This document shows, in pieces, positions 41,601 through 60,517 of a stretch of DNA of 64,000 nt (position 1 is its first letter; each line of letters starts with the position of its first letter). Location of the stretch: assembly GCF_009914755.1 (NCBI RefSeq), contig NC_060925.1. The stretch is one strand, 5' to 3'. A model generated the notes under the pieces. It did no database searches. It was given only the letters and a program-made list of their open reading frames with translations, and was not told the DNA's origin. A program made the translations under genes and the position numbers. The DNA is from the human T2T-CHM13v2.0 reference genome, Homo sapiens.

Positions 41601-41741
41601 CGGGGTCCAGGTGGCCAGCTCCTTCTGCAGCAGCTCCTTGAGCTCCGCCTGGCAGAGCTTGTATTTGTCCCCACAGCGCCCTGCGTATTCCTGGAAGGTG
41701 CACACGATGGCAGCTACCGCCTGCTCCAGAGGCCTGGCCAT
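41601..41741 (-). CDS. S100A3: S100A3 first coding exon
   Basis: MARPLEQAVAAIVCTFQEYAGRCGDKYKLCQAELKELLQKELATWTP (47 codons), gtgagc donor; total 101 aa. Confidence 0.98.
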
Positions 41742-44700
41742 CCTCACTGTCACAGAACAAGGGTGTGGCTCACAGCAGAGTTCCAGGCCAGCCCCCCAGC
41801 TCACCTCTGCCCTCTGTGTTTCTCAGAGACTGTTCCCAGACCCATCTTAACCTCCATCAGGCTTCAGGCCCCGCAGTCTCCCCCTCCTCTGAGTAGCCCT
41901 CCCAGACCACACCAGCCCCTCCTAATTTATCCCCCTGCTGTCCTGTTGTTATTTCCCCATGTAGAGGTCTCATTGCCCCAACATCGCTGTAAACTCCTCA
42001 GAGAGACAGCATCCTACCCCACCACCCACACACCCCACCGTGGGGCTCCTTAAGCGCTCTCAGATTATCTGCCACCTCTTCTTATCCCCAACACCCAGGG
42101 ATGGCTCGGTCCCAGTCTGCCCCAGCCCATGAGATGCCCTAGAAGCCTCCCTCCCTGCAGGAACTTGCACAAGGAGAGCCTGGCCCTGTGCTTCTCTGCC
42201 CTCAGCCCTTGGAGAAGCTAGGCCTTAGCAGGGAGGGGCAGGTCTGAGAGGCGCCCCCACAGCCTCACCACCACTGCCCTCACCCTGCCTCCTGCCCTGA
42301 ACTCGAGGAAGCTGCACCCAGAAGAAAAACTTGTGGGATCCTCTCTGCCTGTCGCCAGCTGTGCAACCTTGGTGAGCCATTTGTCTCTCTGGGTCTCAGG
42401 GGCGGGGCCTGATCTGTAAGTTGGGGTTCATCTCACCTCGCTGGCCCAGTCAGGAACCTGAACCAGATGGTCTCTTGAGAGTTGACCAGTTCGGGTGTTT
42501 ACCAATCTGAGACTGGCCTCCCCTGAGGTTACCCTCCCGACCCCTGGGGGTTTTGAGCAGGGAGGTTCTGTATAGGGATACTCTGTTCTATTGGAGGGGA
42601 AGCCCTTCCTGGAATTGCTCACCTCCCCCCACTTCCACTGTCCCCTTCCACCGCCCTTCTGGGATGATGCCTCCAGCCTGGGAAAACCCGAAGGCAGCCA
42701 GGAAGGCAAGAGTTTTTTCCATGCTAGCCCAGTGACTCACTCCTGATTCCCCCACGGGACAAGAGTCCTGCAGCACAGGGCGGCCAGGGCCAAGACTCTC
42801 CCTGAAGATTTGCCCACTGCTGGGCCCCCTGCTGGGAGCAAATGGCTGGCATGGTTGTGGCTGGCAGGAAAGTAGGGGAAGGGGAGTGGGGAGTGCCAAG
42901 CACTGCCAGGATTTAATTCATTGTAAACACCCCAGGATTAGAGCAAGGTGTCCAGGTTCCCAGGAGAGGAAAGGGCCATGATCCTCAGAAATGAGGAGAC
43001 TCAGAGGTGAAGCAAGGAGGCAAGGAGCAGGTGAGGGGCCTGATCAAGGGGAAGACCAGAGCCTTGAGCCCAGTGCTCCCACCCCAAGGCAGACCTTAGC
43101 TCTACACACCTCCCTGCCCAAACTTCCCCAACAGCCCCTCACTGTGTAAGGAAACCTCTGCGTCCACTATATCTGACTTCCCTCCCCGTGTCAGGCCCGC
43201 CTGTGGTCATCTCTCTGCTTCCAATGCCAGACCCTGGGTCAGGAGTCAGGCTGGCTACTGGGGGTCCCCAAACTGCCCTGACACTCAACCCAGGGCAGGA
43301 CCCAAGCAGCTGGCACTCACCACTGGTGCTGGCGTTTCAGCTGTAGGAGCTTAGAGACAGGGCGTCACTATTTGTAGCCTCCCAAGAAAGGAAGGAAGCA
43401 ATTATGGGGGACACAAGTAGGTCAACACTGAGGATGCCCTCAGGGATCCCTCAGCAGACCCATTACAGGCCCCACCTGCCCACCTATCCACGCACACATC
43501 AAAGGCCAGTCTGGGCTCAGACACCACTCCCCTTTCATTCCCCATCTGCCCTCCCCCAGAGTTGGGAACAGGGGACAGTCTCCTGCCAAGTCCTTCCAGC
43601 TCAGTTGGAGGAGACAGTCTGGCTTATCCATCACATCACAGCCCCATCTCTTCACTCTGCAGAGGCCCCCAGAATACCAAGTGGGGACACACTTCTGCCT
43701 CGCTCAGGTTGCACCCCTACAAATCTCTATTCCGGGTAGAACTTGGAGAGCACGTGGCTAAGCCTCCCCTTTACAGACGAGAAGTCTGAACTTGCCTGAC
43801 CAGATCCCAGCTTTTGGCTGTGAACTGCTTGCTTCCCAGGGGGGAAATCATCAGGTGGGATGTCTTTGAGGCACAGGAAGGAGGTGTGTTCCTCCCAGGG
43901 GCACTTCCAGAGTCTAAGCTTGAGATTTCTGGCCCTTCCACCCCAGGTGATGGGAATGAATTTGGGCTAGAGTCACATGAAGGCTGGCCAGTGGCTGGAG
44001 CTCCTTAAGGGCTGTTTTCCTTCTTCCCCTGCTCTGCTCAGCACCAAAACAACTTTCCTTGAAGTCTTGTGGGTGGCAGGATGGGATTTCCTCTGGCTTT
44101 TAGCTTGAGTGTGTAGCCTTTTGGGGTCTCAGCATCATGGGAGGGTCATCCATTTGTGTCCCCTCTTGGGGTGAGAACTGGGCTTCCACTTCTGTCTTCC
44201 TCACTCCCCAAACCATCAGGATCAAAGCTCAGGTTCGGCTTGGCTTGGCCAATGACCTCAGGGCACGGGGGGCCCCAGTACAGATTCTGCTTTGACTTAG
44301 ATTTTGGCCTACTCATTTCTTACTGCCTTGTGGTCTCTTCAATGCTTTGAAAAGATTTAATTCTATGCAGCATTTGTTGTTGTTTTTAAGCTGAAGTGGG
44401 CACAGACCACCATATTACCAGAAACAGACATACTTTCATGTAACTTCTCTATTCTCTCCCTCACACCAGAGCCTGAGAAACTCCTCCCTGTTTTATAGGA
44501 AGAGAACCCAAAACCTAGAAGAGCGTGAGAGGGAAAAGAGGAAGGAGATTGACTCCCAGGCCGGCAAAGAAGCCTTCCTGCCCGTGCAGGCAGCCAGAGC
44601 GCCAGTGACACCTTCGACCTCGCCCTCGGCCCCCAGCACCCAAGCCTTGCCTGTGCCGTCCTCTCCTTGGAGACTCAGCCCTGTTGAGGAGGGGAGTGAG

Positions 44701-45102
44701 CAATAGAGGAGGGAAGGAAAAGAGGAGCTGTGATTAGCCCTGTTTTATAATGGGCTACATAGCCCTGTTTTATATGGGCTTTTTAATGGAAGTATGGGGA
44801 GCAGGGGGCAGAGAACAAGAGACAGTCACGCAGCAGAAGGGGGGGCCAGAGTGCACCAGCAATTAATTCAGCTCTAGGTCGAGCTTAATTATTCCCACCT
44901 ATGATATCCCAGCTCTGCCCCCAGCCACCTCCCTTAAGCAGCCTACCTCTGCTCTCGGGGCTTCATTTTACTCACCTGTCAGTGATGGAGGGTGATAATA
45001 GTAACTACCTCATAGGTTTGTGCGGGGTTTAAATAAGCTAATACATATAAAGTTCATAGAGTAAATAGTGCCCAGCACATGGCAAGGGCTTGATAAATGT
45101 TA

Positions 45103-45476
<374 letters not shown>

Positions 45477-48400
45477 TCATTTTTCGTATAAATATTTAGA
45501 CGCATTGGGGGTATAGCCATAAACAAAACAAAAGTCCCTGCTCTGTGGAGATGACAGTCTCTTGGGGAAAACAGACAATAACAAAATAGGTGCTTAACAG
45601 ATTGCTGATATAAATGCTATGAAGAAAAATAAAGCAGAGCTGGGAGAAAGAAGATGATCGTAGGGAGCGACGTACTTTATTAATATATGGGTGGTCAGGG
45701 AAGAGCCCAGCAGCCCGGCTCCTTGCCCTTGTCCTCATCCGCCAGCCCCTGGCGTTTCTCAGCTTGGCAGACCTCTCTGGGTTGCAGCACCTTGGTTTGT
45801 CCACTGGGAGAGGACTGGGAGAGACTCAGACTGAGACTGCGGGGAGGGCGGGAGCTCATTCTGGGAGGTGAGGCCTGAGGGGTGGGGTGGGGGGACAGAG
45901 TTGTCAAGGTACAGGACTTTGGGGTTGGCAGACTGTCATGGAAAGAACCTCTAGGCTCTACCTTCCTCTTGCCACCTGCCCTCAAGCATGTTACATTCTT
46001 TACCTTGTTAGAGCCTTAATTTCCTTACCTCCAAAATGGGTTTGGAAGATTCCTACTTTAAGAATCCGACATGAAAGCGCTTTCTATCACTCGCTGTCAC
46101 TGTGGACAATGTCAGGGCAGAGGCCTCTGAGTCCAATTCAACAAACATGCACTGAGTCACCTCAGTGGGGCTTCAGGGAGGGCGGGAGGGGAGGGAAAGA
46201 ACCAGCCTCTCCCCAACAGTTCACTTGGTCCTGCCTCCTCCATGCAGGTGGAGGGGAGAGCTGTAACTTCCCTTCCCTTGCTTTCACAAACTCTTCTTGG
46301 GATGATTGGACTCTCTGCCCTGCTGGAAGTTCTTCCCCAGCATCTCCCCTGAATCTCCCTTTCTGCAGTGGTTCCGAATGCATCCCACATGAACCGCCCC
46401 TCCAAGGCCTGGAGAGGGACCGTCCTCCTCCCACACCCCGTCCAGTGTCCACACACTCAATTGTTCATGCTCGGGCTGAGCCCAGGACCCTTGCTGCTCA
46501 CCTTCCAGAGCCGCCTCCCCCGCCCCCACTGCAGATGTGGAGCTGACCACTGAGAAATGCACCATATTTGGAGGGCAAGGAGCTCTCTCCCCGTAGGGGC
46601 AACGCGTGTGGGTGCATGAAGGGTGAGAGCTGACACTATCTGATCTGGCAGGACTTATTATAGCACTGACTCTCTCTCCCCTGCACCCATTCTCCCTGGC
46701 TCTGTCGCCCCAATATCACCACTATCACCATACGCCCTTGGAAACTGCACCGCCTCCCTGAAGGTCAGTGTCTGGTTCTGAACCTCGGGGAAGAACAAGA
46801 TAAATTGTCCTGAGCATCTGGATATCCCACATGCTTGTGCCAAAAGGGCCTGGGCCCCAGAGACAGGGTGAACCCACCCCAATCCCATAGCCCCATGGGA
46901 CCAACGAACCTTGTCAAAATGATTAGCTTCCTTTCTCATCATCTGAGCCAAATATAGGGAAGGTGTAGGAAGGGGTATTTGATGACTGGGACTGGTGTAG
47001 AGCCAGGAAGGCCTTTGCTACAGAATTGGGGACTGGGCCTGGGGAGATGGGAAGAGGATCTGAACTGAGATCAAAGAGGCCTGTGGACCTATTACTTAGA
47101 CCTACTACTTCTTTTGACTGCCAAGTCATTGACTGATTGTGACCAATTCATAGATGAGAGCAGTGAGTCAGTGGAGAGATCAAGTGACCTAAAGACAAGG
47201 GCATGGGGGCCCTATTTCAGCCAGTCCCTTGTCTCAGAGCCCAGCTTTGCCTTCATTCTGTCCTTTCCTGGAGGGTTAATAGGCTGCCAGGGATTAATGC
47301 GAAACAGCAAATGCCAAAGTGACAGTAGGGCAGGATGCAGGGTGAGGTATGTGTTCCTGAGGCTCTCCTCCAGCAGCAGCTCTAGGAGGAAGTGGGAGAC
47401 AACTGGCCCAACAAACTTTTGAACAGAGCTATTTCTAGACTCTCCTCCTCTGTGCCTCTGCACAGAGATTTGGGGAGAGGAAAGGGGATAAGGGAAGATT
47501 GCCGGAACCATCTGGGAAAGTGGTGTTTGTTAGTTTGTCAAATGCCCAGAAGGAAAGGAAATCAGCCTCTTTCAGAACCTGCCCAGCTCCAAGGGCAGCC
47601 AGCTGAGGCTAGTCTCCACCAGCCAAAACAGCCCCAGAACCTGAGCCAAGAGAAGCCAGGAATTGTTGTGAGCCTAAGGCCCAAAAGAAACCAGACTGCA
47701 CTAATCCACCAGGAGCAAGTGGGCCTGCTTCCCCCAGTGACTCAGGATAGGGACACTGAGAGTCTGGATGCTGCTCATCCAGGTCCCTTTCACCTTACAC
47801 AAAGCCCCAGGCTTTGGAGATGGCTGTGGGAAGGGGAGGAAGGCCCGGACTGCCACCCTAGTGTCCACAGGGATGAGGACCTTTCTTAAGACATGGGTCA
47901 AGTCCTGACGCTACTCCTTATTTAACCTCTCCCAGCCTCTGTTTCCTTGTCTGTGACGTGCAGAAACTAATAGCATAGCTCTGCTCTCACCCAGTTGCCC
48001 CGAGGATTAAATGAGATGACACTTGAATAGACCAGCAGAGTGCCTAGCTGGAGGGAGTGCTCCACAAATGACAGATGCTGCTCCCTCTCAGTTTCCTCAT
48101 CTGTAAAAACGGCCTAATGATAGCTCCTCTCGGGGTTACCATGAGGCTGAAATTACAGTGTGCATGAAAGGAACTCTGAGAACTGCTACAGAAATGTTAA
48201 TTACCATCATCATGATTCCCTGACCTATAGTTACTGGCTCCCTTTCCTACAGGATATTAGGAAGGTGGGCTTCTCTCTTTTTATTGCTATGAAAAGAGAC
48301 CATGTATCATTGAAGGCCTGCTCCGCCTTGCCTCGCCAGCCCCAGATGTGCAGTCAAGGCAGAATCATAAGTGAGAACAAGCAATTGTCCCAGCGCCTTC

Positions 48401-48495
48401 TCACTTGGCCTTTTCTGTCTCTGGGGACCCTATCTGAGCTACTCTGGAAGTGGTTCTCAAAGATCGATTTCCCAAGTAAGTAAAAAAACAGTTCA

Positions 48496-48933
<438 letters not shown>

Positions 48934-49361
48934 TTAAGGCCAAAGATGTAAGTGGAAGTCTCTGGGGGAGGGCACTTCTATCATAATAAAAAGGCAAAGG
49001 CTCCTGTGGAAAAGGCATTTTGCACCTCATCCTTATTCTGTCTTCCAGCCTGGAACATGGACAGTGAGGCCTGGAGGTATAGCAGCCACAGTGTGATCAC
49101 GAAACAACAAGCCATGAGGAAAACAGTAGATGTCCTATATATTAAAGGGCCAAAAAATGAAAAGACACTGGATCTCAGATGGCATCTCCGGAACCCTGAA
49201 TCAAACCTGAACATCCTACTCCAGACTTCTTGTATAAGACAATTGAAGCCGCTAGCATTAGTCAGATTTTCTGTAACTTATAGTTGAAAAAAAAACCCTA
49301 ACTAGTAGAGAATTTGATATCTTAAAGTGGAATCCTCAAGTAAAAGAATCTAAAATGTGGG

Positions 49362-49657
49362 GGCCAGGCGCGGTGGCTCATACCTGTCATCCCAGTACCT
49401 TGGGAGGCCGAGGTGGGTGGATCACAAGGTCAGGAGTTTGAGACCAGCCTGACCAACATGGTGAAACCCCATCTCTACTAAAAATACAAAAATTAGCCGG
49501 GCGTGGTGGCGGGTGCCTGTAATCCCAGCTACTCAGGAGGCTGAGGCACGAGAATCACTTGAACCCAGGAGGTGGAGGTTGCAGTGAGCCAAGATCGCGC
49601 CCCTGCACTCCAGCCTGGGCGACACAGTGAGACACTGTCTCAAAAAAAAAAAAAAAA
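49362..49657 (+). mobile_element. AluS
   Basis: TSD aaagaatctaaaatgtg. Confidence 0.95.
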
Positions 49658-50228
49658 GAATCTAAAATGTGAACTTGGCTAAGTAGAGGGAGGAAGGTAG
49701 TGAGATATGATGACCCAATATGTCAGGCTGGAAAGTCAGGACCTTTGTTGTGAAATGACAAAACATTTGGTCAGACCCTGGCATATCTGGGAACATGGAC
49801 CAAAAAGAAACCTAGGTGTAGTAATAGAGGAAGTGGCAGAAAAAGTTTAGAAAGTTAGCATGAGCTTGTTCCTTGCATCTTTCATCAAAGACCTACAAGA
49901 GTAGGATGCTGCTATTACAAAAAAACTGAAACAGGTGTCATTGGCTTTGGGAGCAGGCAATGGGTGAAAGCTAGAAGGGTCTCTAGAAGATTATTAGTAA
50001 TGATTTGAAGGACAGTGAGGAAATTGTTACTGGAGTCTAGAAAAGAGAGATCCTATTAGGTAATTCCAGGATGTCTGGCAACACTGTTGTCTGTAGTTAC
50101 ATGGAAAACAGAAAGGTACCTAATCAGTTTATGGATATGGGTAAGGAGATTTTTATGCAGAATACGAAAGTACCAATTGGCTTCTTCTGGCTGCCTATGA
50201 TAAAATATGAGACTAGAAAGTTGAACTA

Positions 50229-50641
<413 letters not shown>

Positions 50642-51326
50642 CCAGAAGGAACGAACTATTCAGCTTCTTAAAGAATTATAGAGGGCCCAGCACAGTCTTT
50701 CCACCAGCAAATGACTCTCAAACTAATAAATGGCCGTGGGGCAAACACCAAATCCAGATCCCTAACAGTAAAAAGGAACTCAGGATAAAGATGAAGTAAG
50801 TCAAAGGTAAGACCTTGTAATGAGACCTCAAAAAGATTTAAGGGCAAGCTTCCTAGATCTTCTCAGATAAATAATACAACGTCTAATAATTCTAGAAGTG
50901 TACCTCTTAGGCTCTTTCAGACTAGAAGGCTTTTAGGAATCTCAAGGGCATTTACTCCCAGCACCCTGACTCTCAGTCCAAGCTGGAGAGAGACCAATCT
51001 TAAAAAGATTTGTAGGTATGGCTTTGTCTATTAAGTGAATTATAAATTGATGCACAGTGAGGCCACATTTTTACAGGAATTATATCATTTTGGACTAAAA
51101 GAGACCGAGATGGCTTAAAACCAAAAGAAGTTTTTGAGTCTTCAACTTCAAATGGGCAAGAACTAGGCTGAGAAAGCTACTTAGCTATCAACACAGTTAC
51201 TTCTTTTGGAAAATAGAGAGTTAACTCAGAAAATGGAGTCAAGAACCTAGAGGCCAAGAGCCAAGAAGAACCACTTATAGAGAGCAGAACTGGGCCCTAG
51301 TCAAGAATCTGGTGACATATGTCTGA

Positions 51327-51834
<508 letters not shown>

Positions 51835-52064
51835 TGAGAAGCCTTGTTCATATCTCTGGGCCTGTCTCAGATAATAAGATCAGAGACATCAAATTGATGC
51901 CTTAAAGAGATGAGACTTTGTGGGTCTTGGGAAGGAGATTAATGTATTTTGCATATGGGAGGGATGTGAATTGCGGTTGCTAGAAGACAGACTATGGTAT
52001 TTAGTCTCCAAAGATGGTCACTGTCAATTTTATGCACGCTGCTCTTTACATTAAAAGATGTCTA

Positions 52065-52791
<727 letters not shown>

Positions 52792-53118
52792 TTAAGCCTA
52801 CCAGCTTCCACGTAGGCCTCATGCAATGCTCACTTTGGGATTTGTCCTCTCAGGACCCTACTGCCATGCTCTAAGAAGCTCAAGCCACATCGAGAGGCCA
52901 TGGTAAGCACTCCGGCTGGCAGTTCTAGCTGAGGTCCCAGCTCACATTCGATATCAGTTGCCACGCATGTTAAGCAAGCTACCGTAGAAGTTGAGTTTGT
53001 TCAAACATTCAGATTACTCTAGCTCCGATTTCCACCTACATGGAAGACCCCACGTGAGAACCATCAACTAAACCCAGTCTACCTGCAGAACCATAAGAGA
53101 TAATAAATTTTTGCTCTC

Positions 53119-53410
53119 GGCCGGGCATGATGGCTCACATCTGTAATCCCAGCACTTTAGAACCCGAGGCGGGCAGATCACCTGAGGTTAGGAGTTCAAG
53201 ACCAGCCTGACCAGCATGGAGAAACCCGTCTCTACTAAAAATACAAAATTAGCTGGGCGTAGTGGCACATGCCTGTAATCCCAGCTACTCAGGAGGCTGA
53301 GATAGGAGAATCACTTGAACCCGGGAGGCGGAAGTTGCAGTGAGCAGAGATTATGATGCCACTTCACTCCAGCCTGGGCAACAGAGCGAGACCCTGTCTC
53401 AAAAAAAAAA
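53119..53410 (+). mobile_element. AluS
   Basis: Alu consensus. Confidence 0.95.
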
Positions 53411-53483
53411 GAATGTACAATATAATATAGAATGTGTTGTATAGAATACAATACACTTGTTTTCTGAAAACAGGTGTACTGCC

Positions 53484-54186
<703 letters not shown>

Positions 54187-54616
54187 TAAAGCTTTGCGGG
54201 GTCGATTAGACTAATTCATATCTCTTGAGTAGATCCTGGTACAACTCATTACTTGCAGTATTGAATGTTAAGGTCTGTCCTTTATTCTGAAATTATACCT
54301 TTCCTCCTTTATTGGAATTGAAATTTTATCTTTTTATGAAATGATAGTGATGGTGGATGGTATTTGCCTTTTTTAATATCTTTATTTGACAAAATAAAAG
54401 TCAGCAACCTATCTCGATTTCCAATTTTTTGCTGGTGTTTGAAATTCCAAAATTGAGACCTAAAGCATAGCTCTGGCCTTGGAGAGATTTCCAGGAGAGT
54501 CAGAGCCCAGAAGGGAGCAGGATCCAGGAGGCCCTCATCTCCCAGCACTCCAGCTGAGCCAGCCGGGTTATGGAACATCACTGAGCAATTAAAATATTAT
54601 CAACAGACAAAAAAAG

Positions 54617-54622
54617 TTTATT
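54617..54622 (-). terminator. S100A2 polyadenylation signal
   Basis: AATAAA on the minus strand followed by a U/GU tract. Confidence 0.85.
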
Positions 54623-54693
54623 GAATACAAAACTCAAAGGCATCAACAGTCCTGGGCCCAAGAGATCCATGGCAGGAAGTCAAGAGTTCTGCT

Positions 54694-54924
<231 letters not shown>

Positions 54925-55099
54925 TCAGGTTGGTTCCCAGCTCTCCCTCCCCACTGGGCAGCTGGGTATAAGGTGGGCAGGAGGCCCTGGGAGCTACCAA
55001 GAGGGCCCAGTGAGTAAGGAGAGAGACAGATACTCATTGGTGAGCATCTCCAGTGTGCCCTCCTCCTGGACACAGGGAGGACACTGGATGCTCCTCTGA

Positions 55100-55697
<598 letters not shown>

Positions 55698-55963
55698 AAA
55701 AACACTTTTTTAATACTAGCCGAAATAATTAGAAAAATTTAACCAGCCACAAAAACAAAATTAAAAAAAGGAAAGAAGGACCTGCCTCATGTGTTCAAAG
55801 CCTGACACCTAACTTTGGGAATCACCAATGAGTCAGTATAGGGAGGGTGAGGGACAAATTGAAGGTCGATGCATTTCTCCACAAAATGTCCCAGACTATA
55901 TATCTTAGCTGGGCTTTTCTATCCCTACATACTTTCTTAGTTTGGCATATAAAAATGGAAAGA

Positions 55964-56860
<897 letters not shown>

Positions 56861-56934
56861 CTAAAGTGGGGAGGGGGCTGGGCCCCACCCTGGCACCTGC
56901 ATCGACAGGCACCCGGAACTGGGGGAGAGATTTA

Positions 56935-57189
<255 letters not shown>

Positions 57190-58295
57190 TTAGCTCAGCC
57201 TGTAGGATCCACTTCTGCCCTATGCCCCCAAGCCACCTCACAAAACCCCTCTCTGAATGGGAAGGCAGGGGCTGCATCTCCCCCTCAGACTGTGGTTCCC
57301 TGAGGCCGGAGGCGATACCTCCATCTCACCCTGAGGGCAGACGCTAAAGCTTCCCTTGTGTCTGGGAGTCACCAAGCCTCCTCTGATGGCACTTGGGACA
57401 CCCCCCTGAGGGCAGGGCTCCCCATTTTAGTGTCTGCCAGAAGGGAAATGACAGGGTGACCAGAGTCCCATTTTGATGGCATCTGCGCAGGCTCTGGGGA
57501 GCAGGGCCACATGCACCGGCTGGCAGATGGGGGCTCCTGTGCAGTCTGGCAGGAGCCATGGCTACAGCCTAGGAGCAGGAAGCTCCCTGAAGGAGTCGTT
57601 TCCCTCCTTAGACTCGGGACTCCTGAAGCCAGAGGCATCTCTCTCTGCCATCTAACTGGAAGCTCCCTTGGGCAGGAGTGTTTCCTCTCTCAGACTAGGA
57701 GCTCCCAGAGGGTGGGGAATGTGTCTCCCCTCACCCTGAAGGCCCCTGAGCCTCTAGGCAGACAGGGGCATGGATAGGGTGGGGGCAACTTAACATTCTC
57801 TCCACCAGGAAGGATCCTGTTGGAATTAGAATTAAAGATATGAAATGTTCATTGCCTTGGGATCAGGATGGGACAGACCTCAGCGGCAAGGCCTCTGAGA
57901 ATACTCAGACCAGCCTGGAAAGGTTAGGCAGGTTTCAGGGTGAGGCCAGAGGAGCTATGCCAGAGGCAGGGCATGCCCTGGGCCCATCATGCCAGCCCTG
58001 CCTTCACCGAGGCAGGGGGCAGAGCTTTGCTGCTTGGGGCCATGACCCAGGCAGAGTCTTGAGACCCCTGCCTCTTGCACCTTAGTCCTGCTAGAATCCA
58101 GGACTTTGCAAAAAAAAAAAAAAAAAAAAAAAAAAATCTCAGGATTCTTTTTGCAGCAACGCCCACATGCACACCTCCTGCTCCTAGGCCTAGACCCCCA
58201 AAGAAGGGCCCCTAGACTGAGATATCCAGGGGAGGGCCTCAGAGCAACCCCTGCACTGAGACCTCACAGAGGAACCTGGAGAAAAACCCTTCAGT

Positions 58296-58626
<331 letters not shown>

Positions 58627-58836
58627 TCACAGAGAGTTCTTCCAAGGGGGAAGGCCCAGAGAGGCCCAGGTTGATCCCACCAGGGAAGCTGGAATGAGAG
58701 AACTGTGGAGACAAAGACAGAGACCCACGGGGATCCTCCCCACCCTGCCCTCAGCAGGACAGAGGTACTCACCAGACCAGGTGGCAGAGACAGACCCAGG
58801 AAGGAGAGCAAGGCAGCCAGGCTCCCAGGGTGAGGA

Positions 58837-58842
58837 TTTATA
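58837..58842 (-). promoter_or_regulatory. S100A2 TATA box
   Basis: TATAAA on the minus strand upstream of exon 1. Confidence 0.85.
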
Positions 58843-60517
58843 TGTGGGCCCCACTGGCCCCCAACTTGGCATTTTAAGGAAACCAAACCTGCCTCAACCT
58901 GATCCCACCAAACCCTGGCCTCTTGCCATTCCCACTCATTCCCTCCCAGCCCCCTCCCTCCCAGAGAGTGCCAGCTCCACCACCAGCTGGGGGAGGGCTC
59001 TAGGCCAGGTCAAGGGCAGCCCCTGAGCCCACCCAGGCCACAGTGGGAAGTGGGAGGTGTCGTGGGGACTGGGCATCCTGGACCGGGGTGAGGGGAGGCA
59101 ACCCCTGCTCTGGGGCCTGGAGACTGGTGCCAGGCCTCATTCTCATGACATGCCTGTGAGTCACAGCCCACTCCTGTGTGAGAGGCTGTGAGCACACGCT
59201 GAGACTTCATGGTCCAGTGCTCGTGTACATACATGCGCCTGTGTGTGTGAGAGAGAAGCAACCTGGGGCCACCCTTAGGAAGCTGGGGGCCAGAGGAGGC
59301 AGCTGGGGGACATCAGGAGGAGAAGGACAGGACTGACTTCAGGGCATGGATGAAGTGGAGTGACTTTTAATGGCCAGCACCAGAATACCTCTTAATGAGG
59401 TAATGAGGTAACTAAGTGTGCTTAGAAATACCTGGGAAGGTCCCTCTGTGTAGGAAGGTGTCTGGAAGGATGGGGAAGCAGTGAGAAATGGGGTTGCTCT
59501 ACACACAGCCGCAGTTGGGCTGGGCCACAGTCTGTGGGGAGCATAAGGAAGTCCCGAGTAGTTAAAGGCTGAACAGGAAAACTTTGGCCTCCTCTTCTCC
59601 AGCTTGAGGGCTGGGTGGGTGGGTAGGGGTACATCCCTACCCAAGGCTGAAAACACCAGCTGGACAGCTTCCCAAGCCAGAATCCAGGCCTGAAGCACAG
59701 CCCTCAGCCACAGCCCTCTCTCACTGCCCCCCACACACATGTCCTCCCCAGACCCGGAGAAAGGCAAACACTGTGGCCATTCAGAGCCCAGCCCAAGGGA
59801 GGGCTGCCCCCTCCCAGGGCCCCTTCCTCCTTGGCCCTTTGTCTATCCCGGCCCGTCTGGGCATCAGGGCACCGCCCTTCCTGTGGCCCCAGCTCCCCTC
59901 CCTGCTCCAGCTGTCGAGTAGCTTCTTCCCCTCCCCCAGCCCCTCTACCTCAGCCCTAAGTGACTCACCCGAGGTTCCAGGCCCAGATGCCCAGGCAGTG
60001 ACTCAGCGGCACACCCTCCTCCCCCAGGGCCAGGGCAGCAGCAGTCCCAGAGCAGTAGGTGGAAGCCCCAGCCCAGCCTGGCAGGGAAAGCACTGGCACA
60101 GAGACCCCAAACAGGCCCTGCCAGGAGGAGCTTTGGATAATGACATGGCAGGAGGATCAGACTGAGAACAGGCTGGTCCCTTCCTAGCGGTCACCGTGTG
60201 ACTTGGGGGCCAGCCTGAGCAGTGTACATGAAGTCAGGCCTTGGGGCCCCCAGTGTCCTCTTCTACACCTTGGCACAGCCACCGAGTGTCCCTTGCTCCC
60301 CTCAGTACTTGAACCCCTCATGCTACTTGTCTTCCCATCGAGGCCTACTTCAAGTAGAACTCGGAATAAAAACCCTTCACACTGAGGGTGAGGGACAAGG
60401 GAGCGCAATGCATCGATTTTCACAGCCATTCTTTCCTTTTAACTAAGGGCCTCCACAGGGCCTTCCCTGCTCAGAAACTGCAGTGCATCCCCATGGCTGT
60501 CCCTTAAAGCCAGGCGG

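Larger units (their letters stand above)
40580..42514 (-). other. S100A3: S100A3 gene span (exon 1 ~42514-42437, exon 2 41746-41601, exon 3 41102-~40580)
   Basis: gag|gtgaga donor at 42437, acag acceptors, AATAAA at 40599-40604. Confidence 0.88.

Noticed and set aside
41742-41804. Apparent N-terminal extension of S100A3 in the ORF track
   Set aside because: Starts at a GTG within intron 1, upstream of the 41746 acceptor.
45887-46546. 219-aa plus-strand ORF between S100A3 and S100A2
   Set aside because: Non-ATG start and no domain or exon structure.
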